DNA of 64,000 bases, taken from assembly GCA_016712505.1 (NCBI GenBank), contig JADJQY010000005.1:249258-313257 (forward strand), written 5' to 3'. Position 1 is the first letter of the stretch; the number at the start of each line of letters is the position of its first letter. Below are positions 39,501 through 50,048 of the stretch, piece after piece. This stretch comes from Candidatus Eiseniibacteriota bacterium. Its GTDB lineage: Bacteria > Eisenbacteria > RBG-16-71-46 > CAIMUX01. Both the position numbers and the translations under genes were made by a program. The notes below the pieces were generated by a model. It had not been told where the DNA came from. It was given only the letters and a program-made list of their open reading frames with translations, and ran no database searches.

Positions 39501-39840
39501 CCTCGCTGTCCATCTCCTGATTGCCTTCGGTGCCGTTGACCTGAGCGTACTTGCGCGGACTGGTCTCGCTCACGTCGTCATCGAACTTGTAGTCGTCGCG
39601 CGGATCGTCGCCCGATCGACCTGATTGGATCCGGTCGAGGCCCACGTCCTCGTCTCCCTGGGTTCCCTGGTCGAGGCGGCCGTCGTTGTTCTGATCCTCG
39701 GTGTCGAGCTTGCCGTTCGGAGTGACGATCGTTCGCTCGCTCGGTGGTCGGCGGAGATCATTGGGATCACCGCGGTACCAGATGGCGTCCTCGTTCACCG
39801 AGCCAAGGTCGATGTGGAGGCGGCCGCGCCGCTTCGCCAC
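36592..39840 (-). CDS. SprA-like giant cell-surface / outer-membrane protein, C-terminal fragment (frame 0)
   Basis: 1082-aa ORF rich in Asn/Thr/Ser beta-strand-like repeats, ending in ...SISVSAAFTF (beta-barrel C-terminal Phe). Contiguous with two upstream frames. Confidence 0.5.
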   Translation of the reverse strand: MAKRRGRLHIDLGSVNEDAIWYRGDPNDLRRPPSERTIVTPNGKLDTEDQNNDGRLDQGTQGDEDVGLDRIQSGRSGDDPRDDYKFDDDVSETSPRKYAQVNGTEGNQEMDSEDLNDDSSLSTLSSYFTVSIDLGDSTLWETDVFRDYEGRNDLNFAIRSDNGWRRVRIPLDSDSLVRIESRPGIEPSWEKILHARVWVDSLADSTLLQIGGLEIIGNRWYEGPLANLADRPLPPEQIGPGEDFFVSVLNNKDDAAVYDPPFKPGKQNNVTEREQSITLELSNFAPAHKASIYRTYPTRQDYTLYENMEFYLRKRSELGDANLQATIRLCRDANSNTTNYYEYRIPILSDWYLVRMDFAEMSQLQLDVPDSVTKIASRSLPNGAVISRKGNPSLTSIQRIAFFVANRGQSTLGRGNVWINELRLTQVKKDRGYATRMSVQTNLSDVASFSGNLTRTNADFLSIGKERGSGTTTTAVNLASTVNVDRFLSPLGIRLPVRWSAARDRRVPKFQTNSDLVLDRATDRDISETNERRLEVSIEKESSENPWVRYGLAPFRLNGSHRKATSLTPTQRDTTTNATGGVSWAMALDNLAAFNLGKGWRAQLLPNSVSATLNGQRNRSRRYVRSDLAAPFRLAPTSNRNSAALNLGAGMRPLQFLNYRISSNRDLQLREGAPRLLGLNLGRETARQQDLSTNYDIPILKTSVAPKVTWSGRSGIDFLQYTNLQQDRQERTNSFRSGNSTSFSARLALGELAKLGRGGKGEKSGNSSAGSGPRGFKLEPMQLQYSLTHDNSRSSQRGTPSMLYQLGLSDNPGGDTRPVGLAQSTESEGKTFTLTTSLRMPQNVSVGTSANRTESNQRQNAQQPTTRVTTKWPDLNVNWGTAPKALVKVLGLESRVKSIQATTNFSRELQTTASQGRTRDTEQRSTAFSPLLNLNLTLNNEMTASLSSDSRVTRTQSYNPPPGNLNESISRKVLLTVKKTIRLTKTVVVPVTNQKKVVQTRLDLSGAIDWSQNKSTTSRFGAGQDVIGDDRSSLKVTTDANYQFTDNINGKASLSVGQNTDNKNEGNTTRLVSISVSAAFTF

Positions 39841-42590
39841 CCCTGGCGCCAGGCGTCGAAGCGCACGAAGTCGTTGATCCAGATGTCGAGGAACTGGGCC
39901 CGCGACAGATCCGCCCCGCGGGTGGAGATCGACTGCACCACCCCGGACCAGGAACGCTCCCGCTCCCCATCCGTCTCCCCCGCCGGGAACACCTTCATCT
40001 CGAGCACCGTGCGATTGTCATCCCCTTCGGTCTGCTCGAGGGTCGGCTGCAGGTCCCCCTCCCGCACCTTGGCCCGAGGGGAGTACCAGTAGAGTTCCCC
40101 TTTGCGCACGGAGGCCTCCTGCTCGCCCAGATCGTCGAGCAGCGGGGCGGGAATCGAGGCCGGTCGCCAGGCGCGGCGGTTGAGGTTGAGCGACTGAATG
40201 TCCTTCACCCCGTCGAAGTCGTCGACGTACAGCTTGTCCCGGGTGTTCGGATTGGGAAACGACATGCCGAGACCGGCGTCGAGGTCGAAGCGGGACGGTG
40301 CGCGAGCCGTGACCCCGGGCAGGGCGTTGGCCAGTCGGGTCAGCATCCAGGCTTCGGTCTTGTACGAACCGGTGAACTCACCGACCAAGGTGTGGGCCGG
40401 CTCCTCCCCCAGGCGCGGTCGTTTTCCCTGCAGACCGGGCACTCCCCCCTTGCTCTCGTAAAGCCAGGCGGAGGAGAAGTTGAGCTTGCTGTCCTGCGGC
40501 CGGTAGGCTCCGGCCATCCCCGCGAGCGTCTTCTGATTTCCCCCTCCGAACGGGATGAATGAATAGGTGACCTGGATGTTCTCGCTCTGCTGCACGTTCG
40601 CGGCAGCCAGGATCTCGATCTCCCCGAGGTCGTAGTCGATGGTGTAGTCGCGGTCGCGCACCAACAGTCGCCCGCCGGCCCGCACCGACTCGCTCCCCTC
40701 GAGGATGTTGTAGGCATTGAGCTGGATGTTGCTCACCGGACTCCGGTAGGTGACCTCGATGTAGTACTGGCTGTCTCCGGGCTGCGGCGTACCCGACCAG
40801 TCGTAGACCCGCGGGGCGCGGAGGGCGGGGTCGATCGGGATGGTGTTCTCCGCGGTGCGTTGCTTGAGGGAGGTGCCGTCCGGACGGAAGCGGTAGAAGA
40901 GAAACTGGCCGCAGGTCGCGGGCTCGAGTCCAAGGTCGGCCGAGTCGGGATCGAACGGCCGGAGGTCGGGGAAGTAGAGCAGTCCGCTGCCCAGATCGAC
41001 CTGCCCGGGGTCGACCTCCTCGTCGGTTCCGGCCGTCGTCTGCCCCTCGGAGTTCAGGATGCCGAGGTCGAGCCCGGTCCGCTGGAGAAACGTGACGTTC
41101 GAGATCTGGTCCGGCTCGTTGTCGGTGCCCAGGGTCCGCTTCAGCCGGACGCGAAGCTGGAGCGAGCCGGCTTCGATCGATCGAGCCTGCAGGTCGTAGA
41201 CATTCTTGAGCTCGAGGTTCCGGACCGAGGCCCACGGACCCTCGGTCAGGTCGTTGCTCACATTGAGCGCGCTACCCGGACGGATCATCTTCAGGCTCAG
41301 CGTGTCGCCACTGGCGATGAACCCCACCCGCTCGATCGGTGTGGTGGTGCGCACCAGGTTTCCCGTCCCGTCCACCCCCATGGCCACGCCGCGGTAAGCC
41401 ACGGCCAGGACGTCGTCCTCGTCGAGCGGACGACTGAGCACCAGCCAGGGATTGCCCCGGTTGCGGTCGCGATTGATGACGTAGTCCTCGTCGACCCCCA
41501 TCTTGAGCAGGTGGAAGTTCCCCACTGCCACCGAGTCGACATCGGTGCCCACCGGCGGGCGAGGATCGCGACCGGTCACCGTCACCTTGCTCGCCCGGGC
41601 GTCGAGCTGGACGTCGTTGTTGCGCACCTTGTCGTCCACGAAGACGTAGAGCGAGTCATCGTCCACGTCCCACGGGCAGCCGTTCGGGTCGCGCAGGAAG
41701 AAGAACTTGCCCCGGATGAAGTCGGTGTCGTCGATCCGGATGGTGGTCACCTCGGCCGATCGTTCGATCGACTTCGAGTCGTTCTTTCCCTCCTGTTTGG
41801 AGAGAATCATGTTCACGTCGACCGCGGCCAGCTTGGCCAGCGCGCTGATGCCGAAGAGACCCTCGGCGCGGCCGTTGTAGGTCACGTACTGCGTTCCCGG
41901 GAGCGAGAGGTTGGTGTTCCCGAGGTTCACCTCCTGCACGATCTCGTCCTCGTAGCCGTCGTACTTGATCTTGATCCGGTTGGAGAGCGGCGTCGTGGCC
42001 TGACTCGCTTGATCGACGTCGACCTGCACCTTGTCGCCGATCGTACCGGTGAGGTTGAGGTTCAGTTCCTGCATCATGTCGAGCTGGGGGAACTTCGATT
42101 GCCCGCGACCGAACTCGGTCTCCCGCGCATTCGGACGCCACTGGCTGGTCCCGCCGAAGGTGATCCGCTCGCTGCCGCGCACCAGGAGGTTCGGCTCCCC
42201 CTTGCCGAAGATCGACTGGAGCTGGGACGGGACCTCGAAGGGGACGGTCAGCTTCACCATCCCCTTGTTCCCCTTGGCCACGTTGGCCCGCCCCTTCTCC
42301 GCGGTCTTCAGCTGGGTCAACCACTCCCGGCGGAAGTTCCGCAGCCCGAGGCGACGGAGGTACTCGGCGCGGGTCAGGCGCAGCCGCGGTCCAATCGGAG
42401 TCTGGCGATGCAGCTGCTGCACCTCGACCAGGGGGAATCGAGCTGGGCCGAGACCTGGAGCTGCAACGGATCGAAGGCATCGAGATGCGGTTCGGTCGCC
42501 TGGAGGAAGCGGAAGCCGAGGCTGTCGAGTCGCGCCTGTTCCGCCGGCTTCAAGAACCCCCGCGCGCGCACCGTCTCGCGAGCCGACCAC
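39795..42590 (-). CDS. SprA-like giant protein, middle fragment (different frame)
   Basis: 931-aa ORF (TFGGTSQWRPNARETEFGRGQSKFPQLDMMQELNLNLTG...). Overlaps the downstream fragment by 46 nt at a CCCC run. Confidence 0.5.
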   Translation of the reverse strand: MVGSRDGARAGVLEAGGTGATRQPRLPLPPGDRTASRCLRSVAAPGLGPARFPLVEVQQLHRQTPIGPRLRLTRAEYLRRLGLRNFRREWLTQLKTAEKGRANVAKGNKGMVKLTVPFEVPSQLQSIFGKGEPNLLVRGSERITFGGTSQWRPNARETEFGRGQSKFPQLDMMQELNLNLTGTIGDKVQVDVDQASQATTPLSNRIKIKYDGYEDEIVQEVNLGNTNLSLPGTQYVTYNGRAEGLFGISALAKLAAVDVNMILSKQEGKNDSKSIERSAEVTTIRIDDTDFIRGKFFFLRDPNGCPWDVDDDSLYVFVDDKVRNNDVQLDARASKVTVTGRDPRPPVGTDVDSVAVGNFHLLKMGVDEDYVINRDRNRGNPWLVLSRPLDEDDVLAVAYRGVAMGVDGTGNLVRTTTPIERVGFIASGDTLSLKMIRPGSALNVSNDLTEGPWASVRNLELKNVYDLQARSIEAGSLQLRVRLKRTLGTDNEPDQISNVTFLQRTGLDLGILNSEGQTTAGTDEEVDPGQVDLGSGLLYFPDLRPFDPDSADLGLEPATCGQFLFYRFRPDGTSLKQRTAENTIPIDPALRAPRVYDWSGTPQPGDSQYYIEVTYRSPVSNIQLNAYNILEGSESVRAGGRLLVRDRDYTIDYDLGEIEILAAANVQQSENIQVTYSFIPFGGGNQKTLAGMAGAYRPQDSKLNFSSAWLYESKGGVPGLQGKRPRLGEEPAHTLVGEFTGSYKTEAWMLTRLANALPGVTARAPSRFDLDAGLGMSFPNPNTRDKLYVDDFDGVKDIQSLNLNRRAWRPASIPAPLLDDLGEQEASVRKGELYWYSPRAKVREGDLQPTLEQTEGDDNRTVLEMKVFPAGETDGERERSWSGVVQSISTRGADLSRAQFLDIWINDFVRFDAWRQGWRSGAAASTSTLAR

Positions 42591-43198
42591 CGATTGACCA
42601 CGCTGTGGAGCAGGGCATCTTCGCTCGGGAACATCGAGACCGGACGGGTCCAGAGACCGACGCCGGGGGGAATCTCGATTTCACGGCTCGGCATCGGGCG
42701 CGCCTCGACCGGAGTGCCGGTGAGTTCGGGCGGCGGGGTCGAGAAGGGATCCACCGGCGGGGGTGGGGTGGCGCGGCCCTCCCCTTCGGCGGCGGCCGAG
42801 TCGACGAGCGCGCTGCCCCGGGCGGAGTCAGGGAGGGCGGTCAGGGACGAATCGCCCAGAACCGCGCTCGAGTCCAAGCCCGCCGCCTGGAGCACCTCCT
42901 GCAGGCTCGAATCGGGCCGTTCCGGGGTCGGTTCGAGGCTGTCTCCCGCCTCCCGTTGTGCGGCCACAGAGGGCAAGCTCGCCCCCGAATCCAGGACATC
43001 CGCGGGAGCATTGCCGATAGTCGAGTCGACGGGCGGGGGCAAGGGACGCGGCCGCGGGGTGGCGTTGACCGGATCCTCGATCGCTCCGGGCGCCCCGGCC
43101 TGGGACCGGGGACCGAAGAGGATCAAGGTCAGGGCAACAAGCAGCACCCATCCTACCGCCGGTCGGCGGGAGCCAGGCTCGATCTGTGCTGTAGGACG
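42374..43198 (-). CDS. SprA-like giant protein, N-terminal fragment with signal peptide (third frame)
   Basis: Candidate TTG start near 43198, then RRPAVGWVLLVALTLILFGPRSQAGA (signal peptide). The frame switches to the middle fragment near a GGGGG run around 42432-42436. Confidence 0.4.
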   Translation of the reverse strand, partial: RPTAQIEPGSRRPAVGWVLLVALTLILFGPRSQAGAPGAIEDPVNATPRPRPLPPPVDSTIGNAPADVLDSGASLPSVAAQREAGDSLEPTPERPDSSLQEVLQAAGLDSSAVLGDSSLTALPDSARGSALVDSAAAEGEGRATPPPPVDPFSTPPPELTGTPVEARPMPSREIEIPPGVGLWTRPVSMFPSEDALLHSVVNRWSARETVRARGFLKPAEQARLDSLGFRFLQATEPHLDAFDPLQLQVSAQLDSPWSRCSSCIARLRLDRGCA

Positions 43199-43285
43199 AA
43201 GGTGGATCAATCCGTGGCCCCGGACCCCGTCTGGCGATCGTTCTGATGTCCCGGAAGCTCGTGTTCCGGGGGCGTGCGGCCCAAA

Positions 43286-43360
43286 CTCTCCCGGTCCGGG
43301 CTCTCCCGGTCCGGGCTCTCCCGGCCCGGGCCCTCCCGGTCCAAACCCTCGTGGTCGGGA
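43286..43360. repeat. tandem array D: about 5 x 15 bp (CTCTCCCGGTCCGGG) in the sprA/lptF divergent spacer
   Basis: ctctcccggtccggg x2 / ctctcccggcccggg / ccctcccggtccaaa / ccctcgtggtcggga. Confidence 0.85.
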
Positions 43361-43597
43361 CCGATCTGGGCCGTGGAGCCGGCCCGCGAGCTGGGACGAT
43401 ATGGACCCGGCAAGTCGGTTCGCGTCATTCGGCTGGACCCGCCGGAAGGGCCGCAGGGTAGACCAGAATCTGCCGGTCGGCGATGGCGTGATCGACTCGT
43501 CGTCGGAACAGGCTCCGGCGCATATACTCCGCGCCCGGGCCGAGGTTTCGGTCCGGCTCGTTTCCAATCCGAATCAGGGAGGCGTTCGCGACACCGG

Positions 43598-44971
43598 ATG
43601 ATCTTGCAGCGCTACATCGTCCGATCACTGGTCGGGCCCTTTCTGCTCGGATTCGGGATCGTGACGTTTCTCCTCACGATGGACATGCTGCTCGATCTCC
43701 TCGATCTCATCATCGGGAAGGGCATTCCGGTCTGGACCGTCGTGCGCCTGTTCTTCCTGGCCCTGGGCTGGATGGTCGCCCTCTCCGTCCCCTGCGGCGT
43801 CCTCGTGGCCGTCCTCATGACCTTTGGCCGGATGAGCCAGGACAACGAGATCGTCGCCCTCCGGGCGAGCGGCGTCCACCTCTTCCGGATCCTGGCCCCC
43901 GCGCTGGGCACGTCCGCGATTGTCGCCATCGCCCTCGCCCTCTTCAACAACTACGTCCTGCCGGAATCGAACTATGCCTTCTCCCGCCTCCGGGACGAGA
44001 TGATGCGAAAGCGACCGACGGCGGAGATCCGCGAGGGGGTCCTCATGGACGACTTTCGCGGCTACCACCTCTTCATCAGCCGTCTGAACGACCGGACCGG
44101 GGAGATGCAGGACGTCTTGATTCTCGACGGCACCTCCTCCCCCACCTCCCCGCGCACCATCCTGGCCAAGAACGGGATCCTGCACTTCCGTCCGGAGGAG
44201 AACGCACTGACCCTCGAACTGTTCGACGGCCAGATCCACCAGGCCGATCCGAACGCCGCCGAGGGGACCTACCGATGGCTCGACTTCGGCACGCACATCC
44301 TCCGGATCCAGGAGGTGGGAGATCTCTGGCGCGAGGGAGTGCAGAAGCGACGGGGCCAGCGGGAGATGTCGGTCGAGGAGATGAAGGCCGAGATCCGGAA
44401 GCTCCAGGCGGATCGCGACAACACCATGAAGTACATCACCGGCGACCTGGAGAAACTCTCCCTGCCCGACCTCGAAACGCTCGACCTGCGTGACCCGGGT
44501 TCGGCGGTCCAGGGGGCGGTGGGAAGCCTCTGGCGAAAGGCACTCAAGCAGGCGAGGCCGCCCGCGCCGAGCAACTTCTCGGTGGACGAGCAACGGGTGG
44601 TGGAGGCGATCCGCTCGCGCCAGGGAGAGGTTCGCTCGGTGGAACGCCGGATCAGCGAGTTCCGGGTCGAGATCCACAAGAAGTTCTCCATCCCGGTGGC
44701 CTGTGTGGTCTTCGTGCTGGTGGGAGCGCCGCTCGGGATCCGCGCCCGCCGGGGCGGACTGGCGGTCGGCTTCCTGAGTTCCGCCTTCTTCGTCTTCTAC
44801 TGGCTCTGCCTGATCGGGGGCGAGCAGCTCGCCGATCGTCGGCTCCTCCCTCCCTGGGTTGCCATGTGGCTGGCCAACGTCGTCCTGGGGACCCTCGGAA
44901 TCTTCCTCACGCTGTCGGTCATCCGCTCCGGCGACCCCGGGCGGCCGCGACCGCAAAAGGCCGCGCCGTGA
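43598..44971 (+). CDS. lptF: LPS export ABC transporter permease (YjgP/YjgQ family)
   Basis: MILQRYIVRSLVGPFLLGFGIVTFLL, 6 transmembrane segments with a large periplasmic insert. ATG at 43598. Confidence 0.75.
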   Translation: MILQRYIVRSLVGPFLLGFGIVTFLLTMDMLLDLLDLIIGKGIPVWTVVRLFFLALGWMVALSVPCGVLVAVLMTFGRMSQDNEIVALRASGVHLFRILAPALGTSAIVAIALALFNNYVLPESNYAFSRLRDEMMRKRPTAEIREGVLMDDFRGYHLFISRLNDRTGEMQDVLILDGTSSPTSPRTILAKNGILHFRPEENALTLELFDGQIHQADPNAAEGTYRWLDFGTHILRIQEVGDLWREGVQKRRGQREMSVEEMKAEIRKLQADRDNTMKYITGDLEKLSLPDLETLDLRDPGSAVQGAVGSLWRKALKQARPPAPSNFSVDEQRVVEAIRSRQGEVRSVERRISEFRVEIHKKFSIPVACVVFVLVGAPLGIRARRGGLAVGFLSSAFFVFYWLCLIGGEQLADRRLLPPWVAMWLANVVLGTLGIFLTLSVIRSGDPGRPRPQKAAP

Positions 44972-44999
44972 CGCTTGGCAGGGGAGAAACGAAGGGACG

Positions 45000-46079
45000 A
45001 TGAGGATCCTCGATCGCTACCTGGTGCGGGAGTACCTCAACTACTGCTTCCTCGGCATCCTCACCTTCGTCGGCCTGTTCATCGTGGTCGACCTGTTCGA
45101 GAAGCTGGATGTCTTCGTCGACCACAAGGCGGGGGCCGGGCTGGTCGCGCGTTACTACCTCTACGGGGCGGGGACGATCGTCACCCAGGTGCTCCCGATC
45201 GCGCTTCTGCTCGGTTCCATCCTGAGCCTCAGCCAGCTCCGGAAATACAACGAACTGGCCGCGATGCAAGGCTCGGGACAAAGCCCGTGGCGCCTCGCCC
45301 GCCCTCTGCTCCTCGCCGGACTCGCCTTCTCCATCGGGCAGTACGCGCTCAATGAGGGGCTGGGACCCAGGATGTACGAAGGGCAGAAGCGGATCCTGAA
45401 CGAGGAGATCAAGCGTCTCTCGGGCACTGACTCACAGAGCCGTTCCGACGTGCGGTTCGTCGGGGCCGGCGGTCGCTTCTTCATCGCGCAGTTTTTCGAT
45501 GCCCGGCGCGAGACCTTGCGCGGCGTCTCGGTCCAGTACCTCGCTCCCCCCCGTCTCACCGCGCGGATCGACGCCGAACGCGCCAGCTGGGTCGACGGCA
45601 CCTGGCGGTTCGAGAATGGGCACCTCAGGAGTTTCTCCGACGCCGGTTCACACTCGATCCCGTTTCGGGCCTACGCCAGTTCGGAGATCGACGAGACCCC
45701 GCGCGACTTCGCCCGGCAGAGCGTCGACCCCTTCCACCTGGGCATGCGGGATCTGTGGCGCTACGCCGAACGGATCCGCGGCTCCGGCGGCGAGACGCAG
45801 AAGTACCTGACCAACTTCCATCTGCGCGCGTCGTTCCCCCTGGCGGGGCTGATCATGACGCTCCTGGGCGCGGCGCTCTCGCTCCGCGTGGTGCGAGGGG
45901 GCAACATCGCCGTCGGCCTGGGGCTCTCGGTGTCGGTCGGCTTCGCCTTCTTCGCCTTCGTGCGCATCGGTCAGGCGCTGGGATACAACGGCACGATCCC
46001 GCCGATGCTCGCAGCCTGGCTCGGAAATCTGGTCTTCACCGCGATCGGGTTCTTGCTCTTCTGGAAAGTGAGCCGCTAG
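45000..46079 (+). CDS. lptG: LPS export ABC transporter permease (YjgP/YjgQ family)
   Basis: [37 protein letters not shown]. Confidence 0.75.
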   Translation: MRILDRYLVREYLNYCFLGILTFVGLFIVVDLFEKLDVFVDHKAGAGLVARYYLYGAGTIVTQVLPIALLLGSILSLSQLRKYNELAAMQGSGQSPWRLARPLLLAGLAFSIGQYALNEGLGPRMYEGQKRILNEEIKRLSGTDSQSRSDVRFVGAGGRFFIAQFFDARRETLRGVSVQYLAPPRLTARIDAERASWVDGTWRFENGHLRSFSDAGSHSIPFRAYASSEIDETPRDFARQSVDPFHLGMRDLWRYAERIRGSGGETQKYLTNFHLRASFPLAGLIMTLLGAALSLRVVRGGNIAVGLGLSVSVGFAFFAFVRIGQALGYNGTIPPMLAAWLGNLVFTAIGFLLFWKVSR

Positions 46080-47491
46080 CCGGCGGGCGGGGGCGGAGGA
46101 GATTCCGCGCCTCCGGGAGCACTCCCGGCCGGTGGGGTCGGCGGCGCCGCTTCGCTCCTCATCTCTTCCAGGAAGTGGGTGTCCACCCCGCCACGACGAA
46201 ACCCTGGATGGCGCAGCACCTCGGCCTGGAACTCCATCGTGGTGTCGATCCCCTCGATCCGGGATTCGTCCAGCGCCCGCAGCATCCGGTCGATCGCCTC
46301 CTCGCGCGTCGCGCCGTAGGCGATCAGCTTGGCGATCATTGAATCGTAGAACGGCGGAATCGAGTAGCCGGAGTAGATGTGGGTGTCGAGCCGGATCCCC
46401 GGCCCCCCGGCGAAGTGCAGGCTCTCGATCTTTCCCGGCGAGGGGCGGAAGTTCTGGCGGGGCGATTCCGCATTGATCCGGCACTCGATGGCGTGCCCGC
46501 GGGGAATCACTTCCTCCTGCCCGAAGGGGAGCGGCTCACCCGCGGCCAGACGGATCTGCAGCTTCACCAGGTCGAGGGAGAGAATCATCTCGGTCACCGG
46601 ATGCTCGACCTGCAGACGGGTGTTCATCTCCATGAAGTAGTACGAGCCGTCCGCGTCGTAGAGGAACTCCATCGTGCCCAGCCCGCGGTAGCCGATCTGC
46701 TTCGCCCCCCGGCAGGCCGCCTCCCCCATCTTCGTACGGATGACCGGATCGAGCCCGGGTCCGGGCGCCTCCTCGATCAGCTTCTGGTGCCGCCGCTGAA
46801 CCGAGCAGTCGCGCTCGCAGAGGTGGACCACGTTTCCGAAGATATCGGCCGCCAGCTGGATCTCGATATGGCGCGGCCGTTCGAGGAACTTCTCCAGGTA
46901 CATCGCATCGCTGCTGAAGGCGGCCATCGCCTCGGCCTGCGCCATCGGGAGCGCGCGCTCGAGTTCGGCCCCGCTGCGCACCACGCGCATCCCCTTGCCC
47001 CCGCCTCCGTCTCGCGCCTTCAAGATCACCGGGTAGCCGACCTGCTCGGCGATTTCCAGCGCGTGCGGGACCGACTCCAGAATCCCCTCACTCCCGGGCA
47101 GAGTGGGGACCTTCGCCGCCTTCATGGTCGACTTCGCGACGCTCTTGTCCCCCATCAGGCGGATCGCCTCCGGCGTCGGGCCGATGAAGGTGATTCCAGA
47201 CGACTCCACCGCTTCGGCGAACTGCGCCTTCTCGGAGAGAAACCCGTAGCCGGGATGGATGGCGTCAGCCTTGGTGATGTCGGCCGCGGCGAGCAGGCGC
47301 GGGATGGCGAGGTAGCTCTCCGCGCTCTTCGCCGGCCCGATGCAGACCGATTCGTCCGCGATCTTGACGTGCAGCGACTCGCGATCGGCTTCCGAGTAGA
47401 CCGCGACTGTCCGGACTCCGAGCTCCCGACAGGCGCGGATCACCCGCACCGCGATTTCCCCTCGATTGGCGATCAGTACTTTCTTGAACAT
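46076..47491 (-). CDS. accC: acetyl-CoA carboxylase biotin carboxylase subunit
   Basis: [28 protein letters not shown]-grasp domain, [14 protein letters not shown]. Confidence 0.95.
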   Translation of the reverse strand: MFKKVLIANRGEIAVRVIRACRELGVRTVAVYSEADRESLHVKIADESVCIGPAKSAESYLAIPRLLAAADITKADAIHPGYGFLSEKAQFAEAVESSGITFIGPTPEAIRLMGDKSVAKSTMKAAKVPTLPGSEGILESVPHALEIAEQVGYPVILKARDGGGGKGMRVVRSGAELERALPMAQAEAMAAFSSDAMYLEKFLERPRHIEIQLAADIFGNVVHLCERDCSVQRRHQKLIEEAPGPGLDPVIRTKMGEAACRGAKQIGYRGLGTMEFLYDADGSYYFMEMNTRLQVEHPVTEMILSLDLVKLQIRLAAGEPLPFGQEEVIPRGHAIECRINAESPRQNFRPSPGKIESLHFAGGPGIRLDTHIYSGYSIPPFYDSMIAKLIAYGATREEAIDRMLRALDESRIEGIDTTMEFQAEVLRHPGFRRGGVDTHFLEEMRSEAAPPTPPAGSAPGGAESPPPPPAG

Positions 47492-47567
47492 GCCACCCCC
47501 CGCCCGTCATCCGGGCCGTCCGCGGCCGGCTTCCCGGGCCTCGCGCCTTGGCCGGGCGGGGTTTGGC

Positions 47568-48785
47568 TCAGAAGCGGACGATGCCGGTCGGCCCTCCGCC
47601 GGCCGCGCGTCGCCCATCGGGCGCCGGCGACTCCTCGGTGGGCGCGGCTTCCTCCGTCGTCTCCCCGTCCTCGGCCTGCTTCTTCCCTTCGAACGCGTCC
47701 CAGGATGTGTCGCTCGAGGACTGGATGCCCTTGACGCGCAGTTCGAACTCGGTCGAGTTGGTCGCGCTCTTCAGCGCCTGTTCCAGGGTGATGAGCCCGA
47801 GCCGATACAGCCGCATGAGCGACTGATCGAAGGTCTGCATTCCATACTGCGTGGCCCCATCCTGGATGGCCGATCTTATCAGAAGCGTTTTGTCGTGGCT
47901 AAGCAGGTACTCCTGGATCGTGGGAGTGTTGATCAGGACCTCGGCCGCGGGAACGCGCCCCTGGCCGGTCGAGCGCGGGATCAGGCGCAGCGAGACGACC
48001 GCCTGCAAGGTGCTCGCCAGGAGGAAGCGGACCTCGTCGTGCTGGTGGGGCGGATAGAACGAGATGATGCGGTTCACGGTCTGCGCGGCATCGATGGTGT
48101 GCAAGGTGGAAAAGACAAGGTGACCGGTGTCGGCCGCCATGAGCGCGATCGACATCGTCTCCCGATCGCGGATCTCACCGAGGAGAATCACGTCCGGGTC
48201 CTGGCGCAGAATGTGTCGGAGCGCCGCGGAGTAGGTCTCGGTGTCGAGTCCGACTTCGCGCTGGGTGATGAACGCCTTGTCATCCCGGTGCAGGAACTCG
48301 ATCGGATCTTCGACCGTGATGATCGAGCGCGGCTCGCGTCGATTGATGCAATCGATCATCGACGCCAGCGTGGTCGACTTTCCGCTTCCGACCGTTCCCG
48401 TGACCAGGATGAGCCCACGCCGTTTGAGCGCGATCTGCTCCACGATCGGCGGGAGGTTCAGGTCCTCGAACCCCGGCACGCCCAGCGGGACGTGTCGGAT
48501 GGCGAGCGAGATGGTGCCGCGTTGGAAGTAGATGTTGCAGCGGAAACGGGCGAACCCGGGCAGGCCGAAGGCGAAGTCGATCTACCGCTCGGAGAGGAAC
48601 TTCTCCTTCTGGGTGGGACTCAGCAGCTGATCGAGCACCTCATCCAGCTCGCGCGCGGTGGCCGGGGCGTCGTTGAGTTGGAGCAAGGCCCCATCCACGC
48701 GGAGCTGCGGGCGGGCGCCCAGCTTGATGTGGAGGTCGGAGGCGCCACGCTCGATCATCTGGTCCAGAACGTTGCGGAAATCCAT
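47568..48785 (-). pseudogene. pilT: type IV pilus twitching-motility ATPase PilT interrupted by an in-frame TAG (48582-48584)
   Basis: N-terminal ORF MDFRNVLDQMIERGASDLHIKLG...FLSER stops at TAG. The same frame continues IDFAFGLPGFARFRCN...VTGTVGSGKSTTL (Walker A). The TAG aligns with a conserved Glu/Thr codon. Confidence 0.6.
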
Positions 48786-48900
48786 GTCGCACCCTCGTCA
48801 TCCGGACAGTGTCCCCGGGGCGAAGCATCGCCTCGCTGCCGCACCTGCGGCGAACCGCTGTTCCGGAGGGGAGCACCCCCGTCCGCACCGGCGGCGAGGA

Positions 48901-49431
<531 letters not shown>

Positions 49432-49486
49432 GGGTGGTTTCCTTAAGCCCGGTCGGACCGGGGTAGTAGAACGTCATCGCCTCGCC

Positions 49487-49930
49487 TCACGCGCGCAGTA
49501 GGCGATCAAGCGCCATCAGGGCCGCAAGATAGCTCCCCGGGCCGAATCCCATCACCACCCCCCGGCAGACTGGAGCGATGTGGTCGACCTGGCGGAAGCC
49601 CTCGCGGGCGAACAGATTGCTGAGATGGACCTCGATGACCGGGATCGGAAGGGCCGCGACGGCATCGCGGAGCGAGATACTGGTATGGGTCAGGCCACCC
49701 GGGTTGATCAGCACGCCGTCGGCATCCTGCCGCGCTGCGTGCAGCTGGTCGATCAGTGCCCCTTCGTGATTGGACTGGAAGGTCGAAAGGGTCAGGTTTC
49801 GGGCCCTCGCCTCCTGGTCGAGCAGAGCATCGATCTCGGCCAAGGTCGTCGTCCCGTACACCCCGGGCTCCCGAACCCCGAGGAGGTTCAGGTTCGGTCC
49901 ATGGAGAACCAGGATCCGCCCGGCGCTCAT
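49487..49930 (-). CDS. aroQ: type II 3-dehydroquinate dehydratase
   Basis: ILVLHGPNLNLLG...INPGGLTHTS...HLSN. Confidence 0.9.
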   Translation of the reverse strand: MSAGRILVLHGPNLNLLGVREPGVYGTTTLAEIDALLDQEARARNLTLSTFQSNHEGALIDQLHAARQDADGVLINPGGLTHTSISLRDAVAALPIPVIEVHLSNLFAREGFRQVDHIAPVCRGVVMGFGPGSYLAALMALDRLLRA

Positions 49931-50048
49931 CTACGCCTGCCCCCGCGCGGAGGCAGGCCGAGGCTCGGTGCGCCTGGCTCCCGAGGCAAGTCCGTGCTGA
50001 CCGTGCCTTGGATCGTGTTCATTCGGTTGGTCTATCACAATCCCAGGG

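Noticed and set aside
27535-48584. Genetic-code reassignment of TAG to a sense codon, which would explain the in-frame TAGs in ribF and pilT
   Set aside because: Reading through the wza TAG (18936-18938) runs for more than 180 codons out of frame across wzz. TAG also terminates pnp, rpsO, infB, manC and galT with sensible C-termini. TAG is therefore a normal stop here, and the two internal TAGs are more likely nonsense mutations or base-call errors.
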